Assembly (NCBI GenBank): GCA_963785725.1
Contig: CAWAWS010000043.1
Coordinates: 1 to 12,779 of the forward strand
DNA from: an uncultured delta proteobacterium
GTDB lineage: Bacteria > Myxococcota_A > Polyangia > Palsa-1104
Direction: 5' to 3'
Length of the DNA stretch: 12,779 bases
Part shown: positions 1 to 7,331 of the stretch, piece by piece
Numbering within the stretch: position 1 is the first letter of the stretch
Layout: each line of letters starts with the position of its first letter
Program-made: the position numbers and the translations under genes
Notes under the pieces: model-generated
The model's input: only the letters and a program-made list of their open reading frames with translations
Told to the model about the DNA's origin: nothing
Databases searched by the model: none

Positions 1-2040
1 GTTCTTTTCGATCGTATACGTCGCGAGAATGGCCTGACCGGCATTGGCGCCGATATCGTCTTTGCAATACTTGGTGACGATTTGCTCCATGCGCGGCCGC
101 GCTTCGTCCCAATGCAAATAACGCAGCGGAATTTCCGCCGCCTTGTACGTCATCGTCGGCACGCGTCCCGAAGCCGGCACGCGCAGCGCGAATTGGTCAT
201 ACGCTTTCTGCAGGTGCTGCACTAAATCCGGCTCCTGCATCGGCGTCACCGGCACCACCGTCTTACCGACGGCCGGCAGCGGCGGCTCGCTATACGCGCC
301 CTTTTGCGTCAATTCCGCCAACGCCATTTCGTACGACTTCACGGCATTGAACGACGCGTCCTCGACATACTTATTATCGAGCTTCGAATCGCGCACTTTC
401 TCGTACGCTTCGGCGGCATCGCGGAATCGACCCGAGTAATAAAGCGTCTCGGCATACGAATACGAATACTCATAGGTATTGCGCGAGTTCGGATATTGCT
501 CGAGATACTTCTCGTACGCCTCGGCCGCCAGCTTGTATTCGCGCTGAATCTGATCGACCAACTTCGGATCGGGCTTCTTTTGCGCCTGCGCCATCTTCTT
601 CAGATCTTGCGCGGCTTTATGGTGATTCACCGCCGCCGAAACGAGCGCCAATTCGGCCAAATCCTGCGCCGTTTGAATCGCCGGCTCGTTATCGCGGTTG
701 TGCTTGTACCACTCGGTGCCCTTGGTGTAATTGCGCGCCAACGCTTCGCGCTCTTCCAACGCATGACCAAAATCGCGCATGCGCTCGAACGCCATGACGA
801 TGCGATCTTGCAGCTTGGGATTATCGGGATGATACGGCCACTTCTGCAGCGCGCGCTTGTACGCTTCGATGGCGCGGAAATACTCGGTTTCGTCGAAATA
901 AATATCGCCTAATTTGGCGTATATCTCGCGCACGTGCGGCTCGTTTTCACGGCCGCGATAGAACTTCTCGGCGCGCTCGAGCCCGGTCTCGGTATCATCG
1001 ATCGAGTCGCCGTTCCAATCCTTCTCGGCGAAGCTGATACCGAGATACTGCACGGCTTCCGTACGCAGATCCGAGCCTTCCGCGCCCGATTCCGCCTTCT
1101 TCTTGTCCGAGAAAACGACCAGCTGATCGAAGCGCTTGATCGCTTCCGGATAATTGTCGGCGCGATAATAAGACCACGCGAGCTTGTAGAGCGCCTTGTC
1201 GTAATAAGGCGAATCGGTGAATTCCAATACGCGCGAATAAGCGGCGATCGCCAACTCCAATTCGCTGTTATCGAAATGATATTCGCCGATACGCGTCCAC
1301 GCTTCGGGCAAAAAGCGCGAATCCGCTTTGACCGGCGTGCACTCGTTGTAAGGATTCTCGGCCTTGACGCTGCCTTTGCCTTTGGAAGGCTGCGGCGGCG
1401 CCGGTGTGTCGAGCGGCTTGAACTTGTTGTTGCACACGAGCGCGCGCATCGCCTGCAGCGACTCGCCCTCTTTGTTCATTTCGCCTAGGCACCAGCCGAG
1501 CAAATAATAGGCGCCGTCGATCAAACGATAATCGGGAAAGCGGCCGATCAATTCTTTGTAGAGACTGATCGTCTTCGAATAATCGGGCGTGATCTGCGCG
1601 CCCGAAGCCTGGGCTGCCGTCGTCGCCGTCAAATACTCGTCGTTCGACTTCTCGAAATAGAGCTCGGCCAGACGAAACATCGCGTCCGGCGTCCAGCGAT
1701 CGTCGTTGCGATAGCGCGTCAGAAAATCTTCGAACAGCTTGATCGCCGATTCGCGCCGCTGCTTCTCGTCCTTCTCCTCGAAGTCGAGCTGCGTCTGATA
1801 CTTCGCCATCAGCTGCTTGCGCTTGGTGATGTATTCCTGCTGCACGACATGCGCGAGCGTGCCGCGATAATCCTTGTTCGCCTCTTCGAAGCGCGCGATG
1901 TCGTTCTGCATCCCGTCGAGCTCTTTGGCGCCGTCGGGATTGGGCAGCCCGCTCGGCGCACCGAACGCCGGCGACAAAGGCAGCGCGAACAGCGCGGCGA
2001 CGACCGAAAAGCGCTTCAACCTTTGAACGCTCATGGTCAT
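1..2040 (-). CDS. Large secreted TPR protein, GltD/AgmU-like (gliding/Nfs machinery paralogue); 3'-partial, 680 aa in window
   Basis: Absent from the ORF track because no stop falls in the window. Manual translation from ATG at 2040 (alternative ATG 2034), overlapping the upstream stop as ATGA: MTMSVQRLKRFSVVAALFALPLSPAFG|APSG (Sec signal-like) ... AIKLFEDFLTRYRNDDRWTPDAMFRLAELYFE ... YKELIGRFPDYRLIDGAYYLLGW ... EAWTRIGEYHFD ... YYDKALYKLAWSYY ... AAEAYEKYLEQYPNS ... ILATYTIEKN, in one frame to base 1. Repeated TPR helices are seen directly; GltD/AgmU similarity is by recall, not a search. Confidence 0.85.
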   Translation of the reverse strand, partial: MTMSVQRLKRFSVVAALFALPLSPAFGAPSGLPNPDGAKELDGMQNDIARFEEANKDYRGTLAHVVQQEYITKRKQLMAKYQTQLDFEEKDEKQRRESAIKLFEDFLTRYRNDDRWTPDAMFRLAELYFEKSNDEYLTATTAAQASGAQITPDYSKTISLYKELIGRFPDYRLIDGAYYLLGWCLGEMNKEGESLQAMRALVCNNKFKPLDTPAPPQPSKGKGSVKAENPYNECTPVKADSRFLPEAWTRIGEYHFDNSELELAIAAYSRVLEFTDSPYYDKALYKLAWSYYRADNYPEAIKRFDQLVVFSDKKKAESGAEGSDLRTEAVQYLGISFAEKDWNGDSIDDTETGLERAEKFYRGRENEPHVREIYAKLGDIYFDETEYFRAIEAYKRALQKWPYHPDNPKLQDRIVMAFERMRDFGHALEEREALARNYTKGTEWYKHNRDNEPAIQTAQDLAELALVSAAVNHHKAAQDLKKMAQAQKKPDPKLVDQIQREYKLAAEAYEKYLEQYPNSRNTYEYSYSYAETLYYSGRFRDAAEAYEKVRDSKLDNKYVEDASFNAVKSYEMALAELTQKGAYSEPPLPAVGKTVVPVTPMQEPDLVQHLQKAYDQFALRVPASGRVPTMTYKAAEIPLRYLHWDEARPRMEQIVTKYCKDDIGANAGQAILATYTIEKN

Positions 2041-4328
2041 GGCTGATCCTTGGTCACTTCTTTGAACTGATCGTCGAGCAGCTTGAGCTCGCGCTTACGC
2101 TCGGCCAACAGCTTCGTGCTCTCGTGCGTCGACGACTCTTTGAGCGCCCACGCGACGTCGATGATGCCGACATCCGCGCGCACGACCACGTTGTAGAAGC
2201 GCTGCGTGACCGCTTTGAAGTTGTCGGCGACGATGCCGCCACCGACGTCGGCCGACTCGTCGGTGTAGCCGCCGAGCGTCTTGCGATAGGCCACGACCTT
2301 GAGCTTCTCGTCGCCGACCGCCGTCTCGATCTCCTTCAGCTGATCGTCGAGCATGTGGTCGATGCGCACGTTGAAGGCGTTGACCTTCGTCTGCACGGCC
2401 CGCGCGCGATCGAGGATCGACTCGATCTGCTCCGCCTTCTCGCGATCGCCCGCCGCCAACTTGGCGCGCACGCGCACGTCGAGATCGTGCAGCCGGCGCA
2501 GCGTGTCGTCATATTGCGCCCGCAGCGCCGACGCCTGCTGCATGTCGGCGTCATCGACACCGACCGCCGACTTGGCGTCGTCGAGCTCCTTGCGCAGCTG
2601 ATCGCCGTCGCCGCTCTGCGCCTCGACCTCGCCGATGAAGCCGTCGATCTCGGCCTTGGCGTTGGCGCGCTGCTCGGGCGGCAACGTCGCCTGCACCTGA
2701 TCTTCGTAGAATTTTCTCGTCGCCACCGCCGACGCGCGCGTGCCGTTCAGCGTCGTCTGCAGCTCGACCACTTGCCGATCGAGCTCGTTGTACTGCTCGC
2801 GCGCCTTGCGCTGCCGCTCGGCGATCGAATCGGCGGTCACCGGCAGCGTGCGCAGCTTCGCCTCGATGGCGTCGCGCTCCTGCTCGAGCTGCTTCAGCTC
2901 CTGCTCGGCGCCGGCGACCGGCCCGATGATGCGCGACATGCGCCCGGCCAGCTGCTCTTTGACCTCGGTGCACTCGTTGGAGATCGCCACCGCGTGCGCC
3001 CGCGCCGACGCCAGCTCGGGGAAGACGTTGACGCGGCCGGGACCGCTCATCGCCTTCTCCAGCCGATGCACGATCTCCTCCGACTCGTCGAGCGACTTCT
3101 TCAGATCGACCTCGTCGCCGATGAGCGTCGTCACGCGCTCGACGTCGGGCTCACTCTTGATCCACTTGACGCCCACCGTCGGCAGGATCGCGCCCATGTC
3201 GAATTTGTTCAGGTTCTTGCTGATGAGATCGCGGAAATAGCCGGGCGCGTCGCCGGTCTTGGCCAGCGCGTCGGCCAGCTGGCGATGAATCGGGGCGTAC
3301 TCGTCGCGCGTCTTGGTGAACGAATCGGTCGCCGGCCCGTACATCTTGTCGTTGATGTGCAAGCGACCGATGAGCAGCTTCACCTCGGGAATCAGTGGTG
3401 AATCGGGCGCATTCAAGAGCAAGAGGTCGAGCGAGCGCGCCGCCTTGTCGTAGTCCTTGCTCTTGATGCTGACCCACGCGCTCTCGTACAAGGCGTCGTT
3501 GAACAGCTCGCTCTTGACGCCGATCTTGGCGTACTCGTCGAGCGCGTTCGTGAACTGCCCGCGGTCGTAATAGATCCGCGCCAGCGCCATGTGCGCGAGC
3601 TCGGCGATGCGCTTTTGGGCGTCGGTCTTGGCGTCGGTCTTCAAGATCGTGCCGAACGCCTGCAGCGCGTCCTGCAGATGCTCGACGCCCATCGCCACGT
3701 TGGCCGAGCCGATGAAATAGAGCGCGTGAAAGTAGTAGACGTGATCGCTGCCGATCGTCTTCAGGACGGCGAGCGCGCGATCGAACTGCTGGCGAAAGAA
3801 GAAATATTTGCCTTCGACATACGGCACCGACGGCAGCTGCTTGCCCGGCGGCAGCTTCTCCAGCTTCTCGATGTAACCGTCGACCGGCGAATAATCGCCC
3901 GTGTGCAGCGACAGCTCGATCAACCGCTGCAGCGACTCCTGATACCGGCGATTGACCGGCCCTTGCTCGATGATCTTCTCGAAGAAGCGCCGCGACGACA
4001 GATAGTCGCGCTCGAGATAAAGCGAGTCGGCGAGATAGAACAGCGCCTCGGGATAGGCCGCCGAGTTGGGATACTTCTCGACGACGTCGAACAAGATGAT
4101 CGACGCCGATTCGTAGTTCTTCAGCTCGTAGAGCACCTGCGCGTCGATGAGCCGGCGATCGGCGATCTCCGGCCCCGGCGGCGGCGGCGGCTTCAGGTTG
4201 CGGTCCATATCGGACACGCGCGTGTCGAGCTCGATGACCTTGCCGCCGAGCTTGTCGACGTCGTCGGCGCGCGCGATGCCGGACGCCAACGACGCGGCCG
4301 CGACCGCCCACAGCAGCGGAGACCTCAT
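2037..4328 (-). CDS. Secreted TPR protein with long C-terminal coiled coil, GltC-like (763 aa)
   Basis: Intact ORF with signal peptide MRSPLLWAVAAASLASGIARA|DD. The N-half has BamD/YbgF-type TPR repeats (VVEKYPNSAAYPEALFYLADSLY; LAHMALARIYYDRGQFTNALDEY; DALYESAWVSIK). The C-half is heptad-rich (ELKQLEQERDAIEAKL; YNELDRQVVELQTTL). Starts 1 nt after the upstream stop (TAA C ATG). GltC-like assignment is inferred from architecture and position before a GltD-like gene. Confidence 0.85.
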   Translation of the reverse strand: MRSPLLWAVAAASLASGIARADDVDKLGGKVIELDTRVSDMDRNLKPPPPPGPEIADRRLIDAQVLYELKNYESASIILFDVVEKYPNSAAYPEALFYLADSLYLERDYLSSRRFFEKIIEQGPVNRRYQESLQRLIELSLHTGDYSPVDGYIEKLEKLPPGKQLPSVPYVEGKYFFFRQQFDRALAVLKTIGSDHVYYFHALYFIGSANVAMGVEHLQDALQAFGTILKTDAKTDAQKRIAELAHMALARIYYDRGQFTNALDEYAKIGVKSELFNDALYESAWVSIKSKDYDKAARSLDLLLLNAPDSPLIPEVKLLIGRLHINDKMYGPATDSFTKTRDEYAPIHRQLADALAKTGDAPGYFRDLISKNLNKFDMGAILPTVGVKWIKSEPDVERVTTLIGDEVDLKKSLDESEEIVHRLEKAMSGPGRVNVFPELASARAHAVAISNECTEVKEQLAGRMSRIIGPVAGAEQELKQLEQERDAIEAKLRTLPVTADSIAERQRKAREQYNELDRQVVELQTTLNGTRASAVATRKFYEDQVQATLPPEQRANAKAEIDGFIGEVEAQSGDGDQLRKELDDAKSAVGVDDADMQQASALRAQYDDTLRRLHDLDVRVRAKLAAGDREKAEQIESILDRARAVQTKVNAFNVRIDHMLDDQLKEIETAVGDEKLKVVAYRKTLGGYTDESADVGGGIVADNFKAVTQRFYNVVVRADVGIIDVAWALKESSTHESTKLLAERKRELKLLDDQFKEVTKDQP

Positions 4329-4329
4329 G

Positions 4330-5100
4330 TTACTTCTTGGCCGCCGGCGCAGTCTTGGGCACCGTGTCCTTGTCGGCGACGAGCGACTCGCGGAAGTCGA
4401 CCGCCGGCCGATCCTTCGGATCGGTCGTCACCGGGTTGCCCTTCTCGTAGCCGACGACCTTGAGCTGCAGCTGCTTGCCCTCGGGCGCCGTGAACGTGCG
4501 GCTCGACTTGGCCGTGAACTTATAGCCCTTCAAGTACGAGAACACGCCGTAGCCGTTGCCTTGATAGACCATTTGGACCGACAGGGTATGGTTCCCCGGC
4601 GTGATCGATCCGTTGAAGACTTCGATCTCTTTTTGATCGCCGAGCTTCCCGGTGTCGTCGCTCTTCGAGTAGATCTCCTGCCCGTCGAGCGCGTAGACGT
4701 AGCGCACCGGCATGTAGATCCCGCCCATCTCGTTGCGATGGGTGATGACGGCGCGAGCGCCGGCGATGACGCCGTGCAAGACCGTCTCTTTGAGCAGGTT
4801 CAAGCGCGCCTTGGAGCGAAAGATCTGCTCTTTCAGCTCGTTGACGCGTCGCTCGAGGTCGTGCAGGCGAACGGTGTAGCCGCCTTGCGTCGTGCCCGGC
4901 GCGCTCGCTCCGGGCGCGCTGGTCGCGGCCGGCGCGCTCGACGTCGTGGGCGTGGGCGCCGGCGCAGCGGCTGCGGGATCGTCGGCCGAGGGCGCCGAAG
5001 CGGCCGGGGCTGTCGCTTGATCGGCCGCACGAGCAGAGCCGGCGGCGAAGAGAATGGCGGCCACTGCCACCACGGAGGTCGTGCGCAAGCGACACCTCAT
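4330..5100 (-). CDS. Myxobacterial-type exported hypothetical protein (signal peptide, Pro/Ala/Thr linker, coiled coil, beta-sandwich), 256 aa
   Basis: Intact ORF with signal peptide ending ...AAGSARA|ADQ, a low-complexity PAT-rich linker, coiled coil YTVRLHDLERRVNELKEQIFRSKARLNLLKETVL, and a beta-rich C-domain (YALDGQEIYSK...FNGSITPGNHTLSVQMVYQGNGYGVFSYLKGYKF). AGG lies just upstream of the ATG. Resembles a myxobacterial family I recall being mis-annotated as dihydrolipoamide acetyltransferase; no lipoyl or E2 catalytic motif is visible. Confidence 0.85.
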   Translation of the reverse strand: MRCRLRTTSVVAVAAILFAAGSARAADQATAPAASAPSADDPAAAAPAPTPTTSSAPAATSAPGASAPGTTQGGYTVRLHDLERRVNELKEQIFRSKARLNLLKETVLHGVIAGARAVITHRNEMGGIYMPVRYVYALDGQEIYSKSDDTGKLGDQKEIEVFNGSITPGNHTLSVQMVYQGNGYGVFSYLKGYKFTAKSSRTFTAPEGKQLQLKVVGYEKGNPVTTDPKDRPAVDFRESLVADKDTVPKTAPAAKK

Positions 5101-5117
5101 CCTAATGATAGAACGTC

Positions 5118-5146
5118 TTCATACCACCCGCGCCACCGACGGTCAA
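5118..5146 (-). promoter_or_regulatory. Putative sigma70-type promoter for the TPR/Glt-like operon
   Basis: Minus strand TTGACC (5146-5141), 17-nt spacer, TATGAA (5123-5118) preceded by TGG (extended -10 TGn). Lies in the 89-nt gap between the obgE stop and the ATG at 5100. Confidence 0.55.
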
Positions 5147-5189
5147 GCAACCGACCGAGGTAATTCTCGCTACTTAGAGCGGAAACAGA

Positions 5190-6219
5190 TCAAGCCGGAC
5201 GATCCGGCTGAGCGGGACGAATTTGCTGGTAGACCTTCTCGAGCAGCTCGCGGATGCCGGCGCCGGTCGCGGCCGAGATCGCGTGCAGCTCGACGCCGCG
5301 CTTGGCGAACTCGGCCTGCCAGTGCGGAAAGGCCTCGCGCGTCTCGGTGATGTCGCACTTGGAGAGCGCCACGATCTGCGGCCGACCGGCGATTTCCGGC
5401 GAATAGCGCATGAGCTCGTGATTGATCACGTCGTAGTCGTGCAACGGATCGCGCCCGGGCTCTGCCGACACCTCCATCAGGTGCACGAGGACGCGCGTTC
5501 GTTCAACATGGCGCAAAAAGCGGTGGCCGAGGCCATGACCCTCGCTCGCGCCTTCGATGAGGCCGGGGATGTCGGCGAGCACGAAGCTGCGTCCGCCCGA
5601 CAGCGCGACGACGCCGAAGTTCGGCACCAGCGTCGTGAACGGATAGTCGGCGATTTTCGGGCGCGCGCGTGAGACGGCGGCGATGAACGTCGACTTGCCG
5701 ACGTTGGGATAGCCGATGCAGGCCGGCGTCGGCGAGCAGCTTGAGCTCGAGGCGCAAGGTGCGAATTTCGCCGGGCGTACCCGGCTCGGCGTTCTTGGGC
5801 GCCTGGTTCGTCGACGTGGCGAAGTGGATGTTGCCTTTGCCGCCTTTGCCGCCTTGCGCCGCGACGAAGCGCTCGCCGGCGTGCGCGAGATCGACGAGCG
5901 GCGGATCGTCTTCGGCGCCTTCGGCGTCGTAGACGACCGTGCCGGCCGGGACGCGCACGATGACGTCCTCGGCGCCGCGGCCGTACTTGTCGCGGCCTTC
6001 GCCGGGCGCGCCGTTGTTGGCTTTGTAGGACTTTTGGTAGCGCAGGTCGAGCAGCGTCGACAGCTGGTCGTCGGCGACGAGGATGATGCTGCCGCCGTCG
6101 CCGCCGTCGCCACCCGAAGGTCCGCCGCGCATGACGAACGGCTCGCGGCGAAACGTCGCCTTGCCGTCCCCGCCGTTGCCGGCACGAACATCAATGACGC
6201 ACTCGTCGATGAACTGCAT
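5190..6219 (-). CDS. obgE: GTPase ObgE/CgtA; one apparent +1 indel near 5718
   Basis: N-part MQFIDECVIDVRAGNGGDG...GGPSGGDGGDGG...GGKGGKGNIHF...LRLELKLLADAGL joins C-part IGYPNVGKST (G1), ADYPFTTLVPN (G2), DIPGLIEGASEGHGLG (G3), SKCD (G4), ISAATG (G5). The junction reads CTG C ATC GGC, one extra base. Canonical position after rplU-rpmA. Confidence 0.95.
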
Positions 6220-6275
6220 GGGAACCTAGTCGGCGATCGACGACACAAACCGCCTACTTGAACCGTACGGCGCGA

Positions 6276-6297
6276 TCGAGCCGCGCAGCCGGCTCAA
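6276..6297 (-). other. Stem-loop immediately 3' of the rpmA stop (possible mRNA stabiliser or processing site)
   Basis: Minus strand TTGAGCCG-GCTGCG-CGGCTCGA: 8-bp stem with one G-U pair and no U-tract, so not a classical intrinsic terminator. Confidence 0.35.
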
Positions 6298-6582
6298 CTA
6301 AGCGGCGGAAGTGGTCTCTTCGATCGGCTTGATCGAGACCCGGCGACGCTCGGTGCCGCGCGCCTTGTACGCCGTGAACACGACCTCGCCGTCGACGAGC
6401 GCGAAGATCGTGTGATCGCGGCCGAGCCCGACGTTGAGGCCGGGATGAATGACGGTGCCGCGCTGACGGACGAGAATGTTGCCCGCCTTCACGATCTCGC
6501 CACCGAAGCGCTTGATGCCAAGCATCTTCGGGTTGGAGTCGCGACCGTTGCGCGATGCGCCCTGACCTTTTTTGTGAGCCAT
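6298..6582 (-). CDS. rpmA: 50S ribosomal protein L27
   Basis: [43 protein letters not shown]...[16 protein letters not shown] is the L27 signature; starts 3 nt after the rplU stop. Confidence 0.98.
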   Translation of the reverse strand: MAHKKGQGASRNGRDSNPKMLGIKRFGGEIVKAGNILVRQRGTVIHPGLNVGLGRDHTIFALVDGEVVFTAYKARGTERRRVSIKPIEETTSAA

Positions 6583-6585
6583 GAC

Positions 6586-6903
6586 TTAACCGTTGATCCC
6601 CGTGATCTTGACCGCAGTGAAGAGCTGGCGATGGCCGGTCTTACGGCGATAGCCCTTGCGGCGCCGATACTTGTAGATGAGGAGCTTCTCGCCCTTGCCT
6701 TCCGGGACGATGACCTCGGCGGTGACGGTGACGCCGGCCACGGTGGGCTGCCCGACCTTGATGGCTTCGCCATCGGCCACGAGCAGAACCTGGTCGAACG
6801 TCACGGCGCCCTTCTCGGTGGCGCCTTCCAACTTCTCGATCTTGATGGTTTCGCCCGGCTGAACCCGGTACTGCTTACCACCGGTCGCGATTACTGCATA
6901 CAT
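6586..6903 (-). CDS. rplU: 50S ribosomal protein L21
   Basis: [18 protein letters not shown]...[26 protein letters not shown] is the L21 signature; SD-like GAGGTAAGGG upstream. Confidence 0.98.
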   Translation of the reverse strand: MYAVIATGGKQYRVQPGETIKIEKLEGATEKGAVTFDQVLLVADGEAIKVGQPTVAGVTVTAEVIVPEGKGEKLLIYKYRRRKGYRRKTGHRQLFTAVKITGING

Positions 6904-6938
6904 GACGATCCCTTACCTCGTAAGAAACAGAGGGGCGA

Positions 6939-6966
6939 AGTCTACAAGCTCCCGCCCAGTTGTCAA
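6939..6966 (-). promoter_or_regulatory. Putative sigma70 promoter for rplU-rpmA-obgE
   Basis: Minus strand perfect TTGACA (6966-6961), 16-nt spacer, TAGACT (6944-6939), about 35 nt upstream of the rplU ATG. Confidence 0.7.
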
Positions 6967-6993
6967 CTCTGATCGTTTCCGATCTGATTTCGC

Positions 6994-7314
6994 CTACTTC
7001 TTGCGCGCTGCTTCTACCATTTCCAGCAGCAAAGGTCCCATGACGCCGGTGAACTGGATGCCCATGCCCGATTGCGACTCGGCCGTGGCGCCACGCAGCC
7101 ACATGACCTTGCCGCGCACGTGCATCGGCGTGTCCTCATTGGCGAGCAGCACTTCCAGGTCGACCTCGGTGCCGATGTCGAGCGGCTTCGAGGTGCGCAC
7201 GAACAGGCCGCCCGGCGACAGGTTCACCGCCAGATCTTTCTTGAGATCGCCTGCCGACAAGTAGCTCACCTGCAGCGAGACGGGTACACGGGGATGCTGT
7301 CGCTTGTTGTTCAT
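6994..7314 (-). CDS. Stand-alone PilZ-domain protein (myxobacterial TIGR02266-like), predicted c-di-GMP receptor, 106 aa
   Basis: Hidden at the C-end of the spurious 1437-aa ORF. From ATG 7314: [18 protein letters not shown]...[27 protein letters not shown]...VRGKVMWLR...GMGIQF. Both PilZ motifs are present: RxxxR (RQHPR) and D/NxSxxG (NLSPGG). Confidence 0.88.
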   Translation of the reverse strand: MNNKRQHPRVPVSLQVSYLSAGDLKKDLAVNLSPGGLFVRTSKPLDIGTEVDLEVLLANEDTPMHVRGKVMWLRGATAESQSGMGIQFTGVMGPLLLEMVEAARKK

Positions 7315-7331
7315 GCGCGGCCGCGTCCAGT

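Noticed and set aside
4890..5010. Short repeats such as ccgggcgcgct / ccggcgcgct
   Set aside because: They encode the Pro/Ala/Ser linker (SAPG, SAPA) of the 256-aa protein; no regular repeat-spacer period, so not CRISPR or a mobile element.
4330..5100. Dihydrolipoamide acetyltransferase (E2) annotation
   Set aside because: Only the Pro/Ala linker resembles E2. There is no lipoyl-lysine motif or DHRxxDG catalytic motif, and the protein has a signal peptide.
143..5163. Long plus-strand ORFs (304..912, 934..1488, 2124..3401, 3591..4463, 4147..5163) and alternate-frame minus ORFs
   Set aside because: Antisense or off-frame shadows of real high-GC genes, with Arg-rich composition and no recognisable motifs.
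5710..5725. Programmed frameshift in obgE (and similarly mtnA at 8067)
   Set aside because: No slippery heptamer or stimulatory structure is evident; a single-base consensus error is simpler given the many nearby indels.
6583..6585. Prp protease / extended-L27 system between rplU and rpmA
   Set aside because: The spacer is only 3 nt and L27 starts directly with MAHKK; this is the ordinary arrangement.
6969..6986. Hairpin after the PilZ gene as an intrinsic terminator
   Set aside because: Only a 5-bp core stem and no U-tract on the minus strand; not supportable as a terminator.
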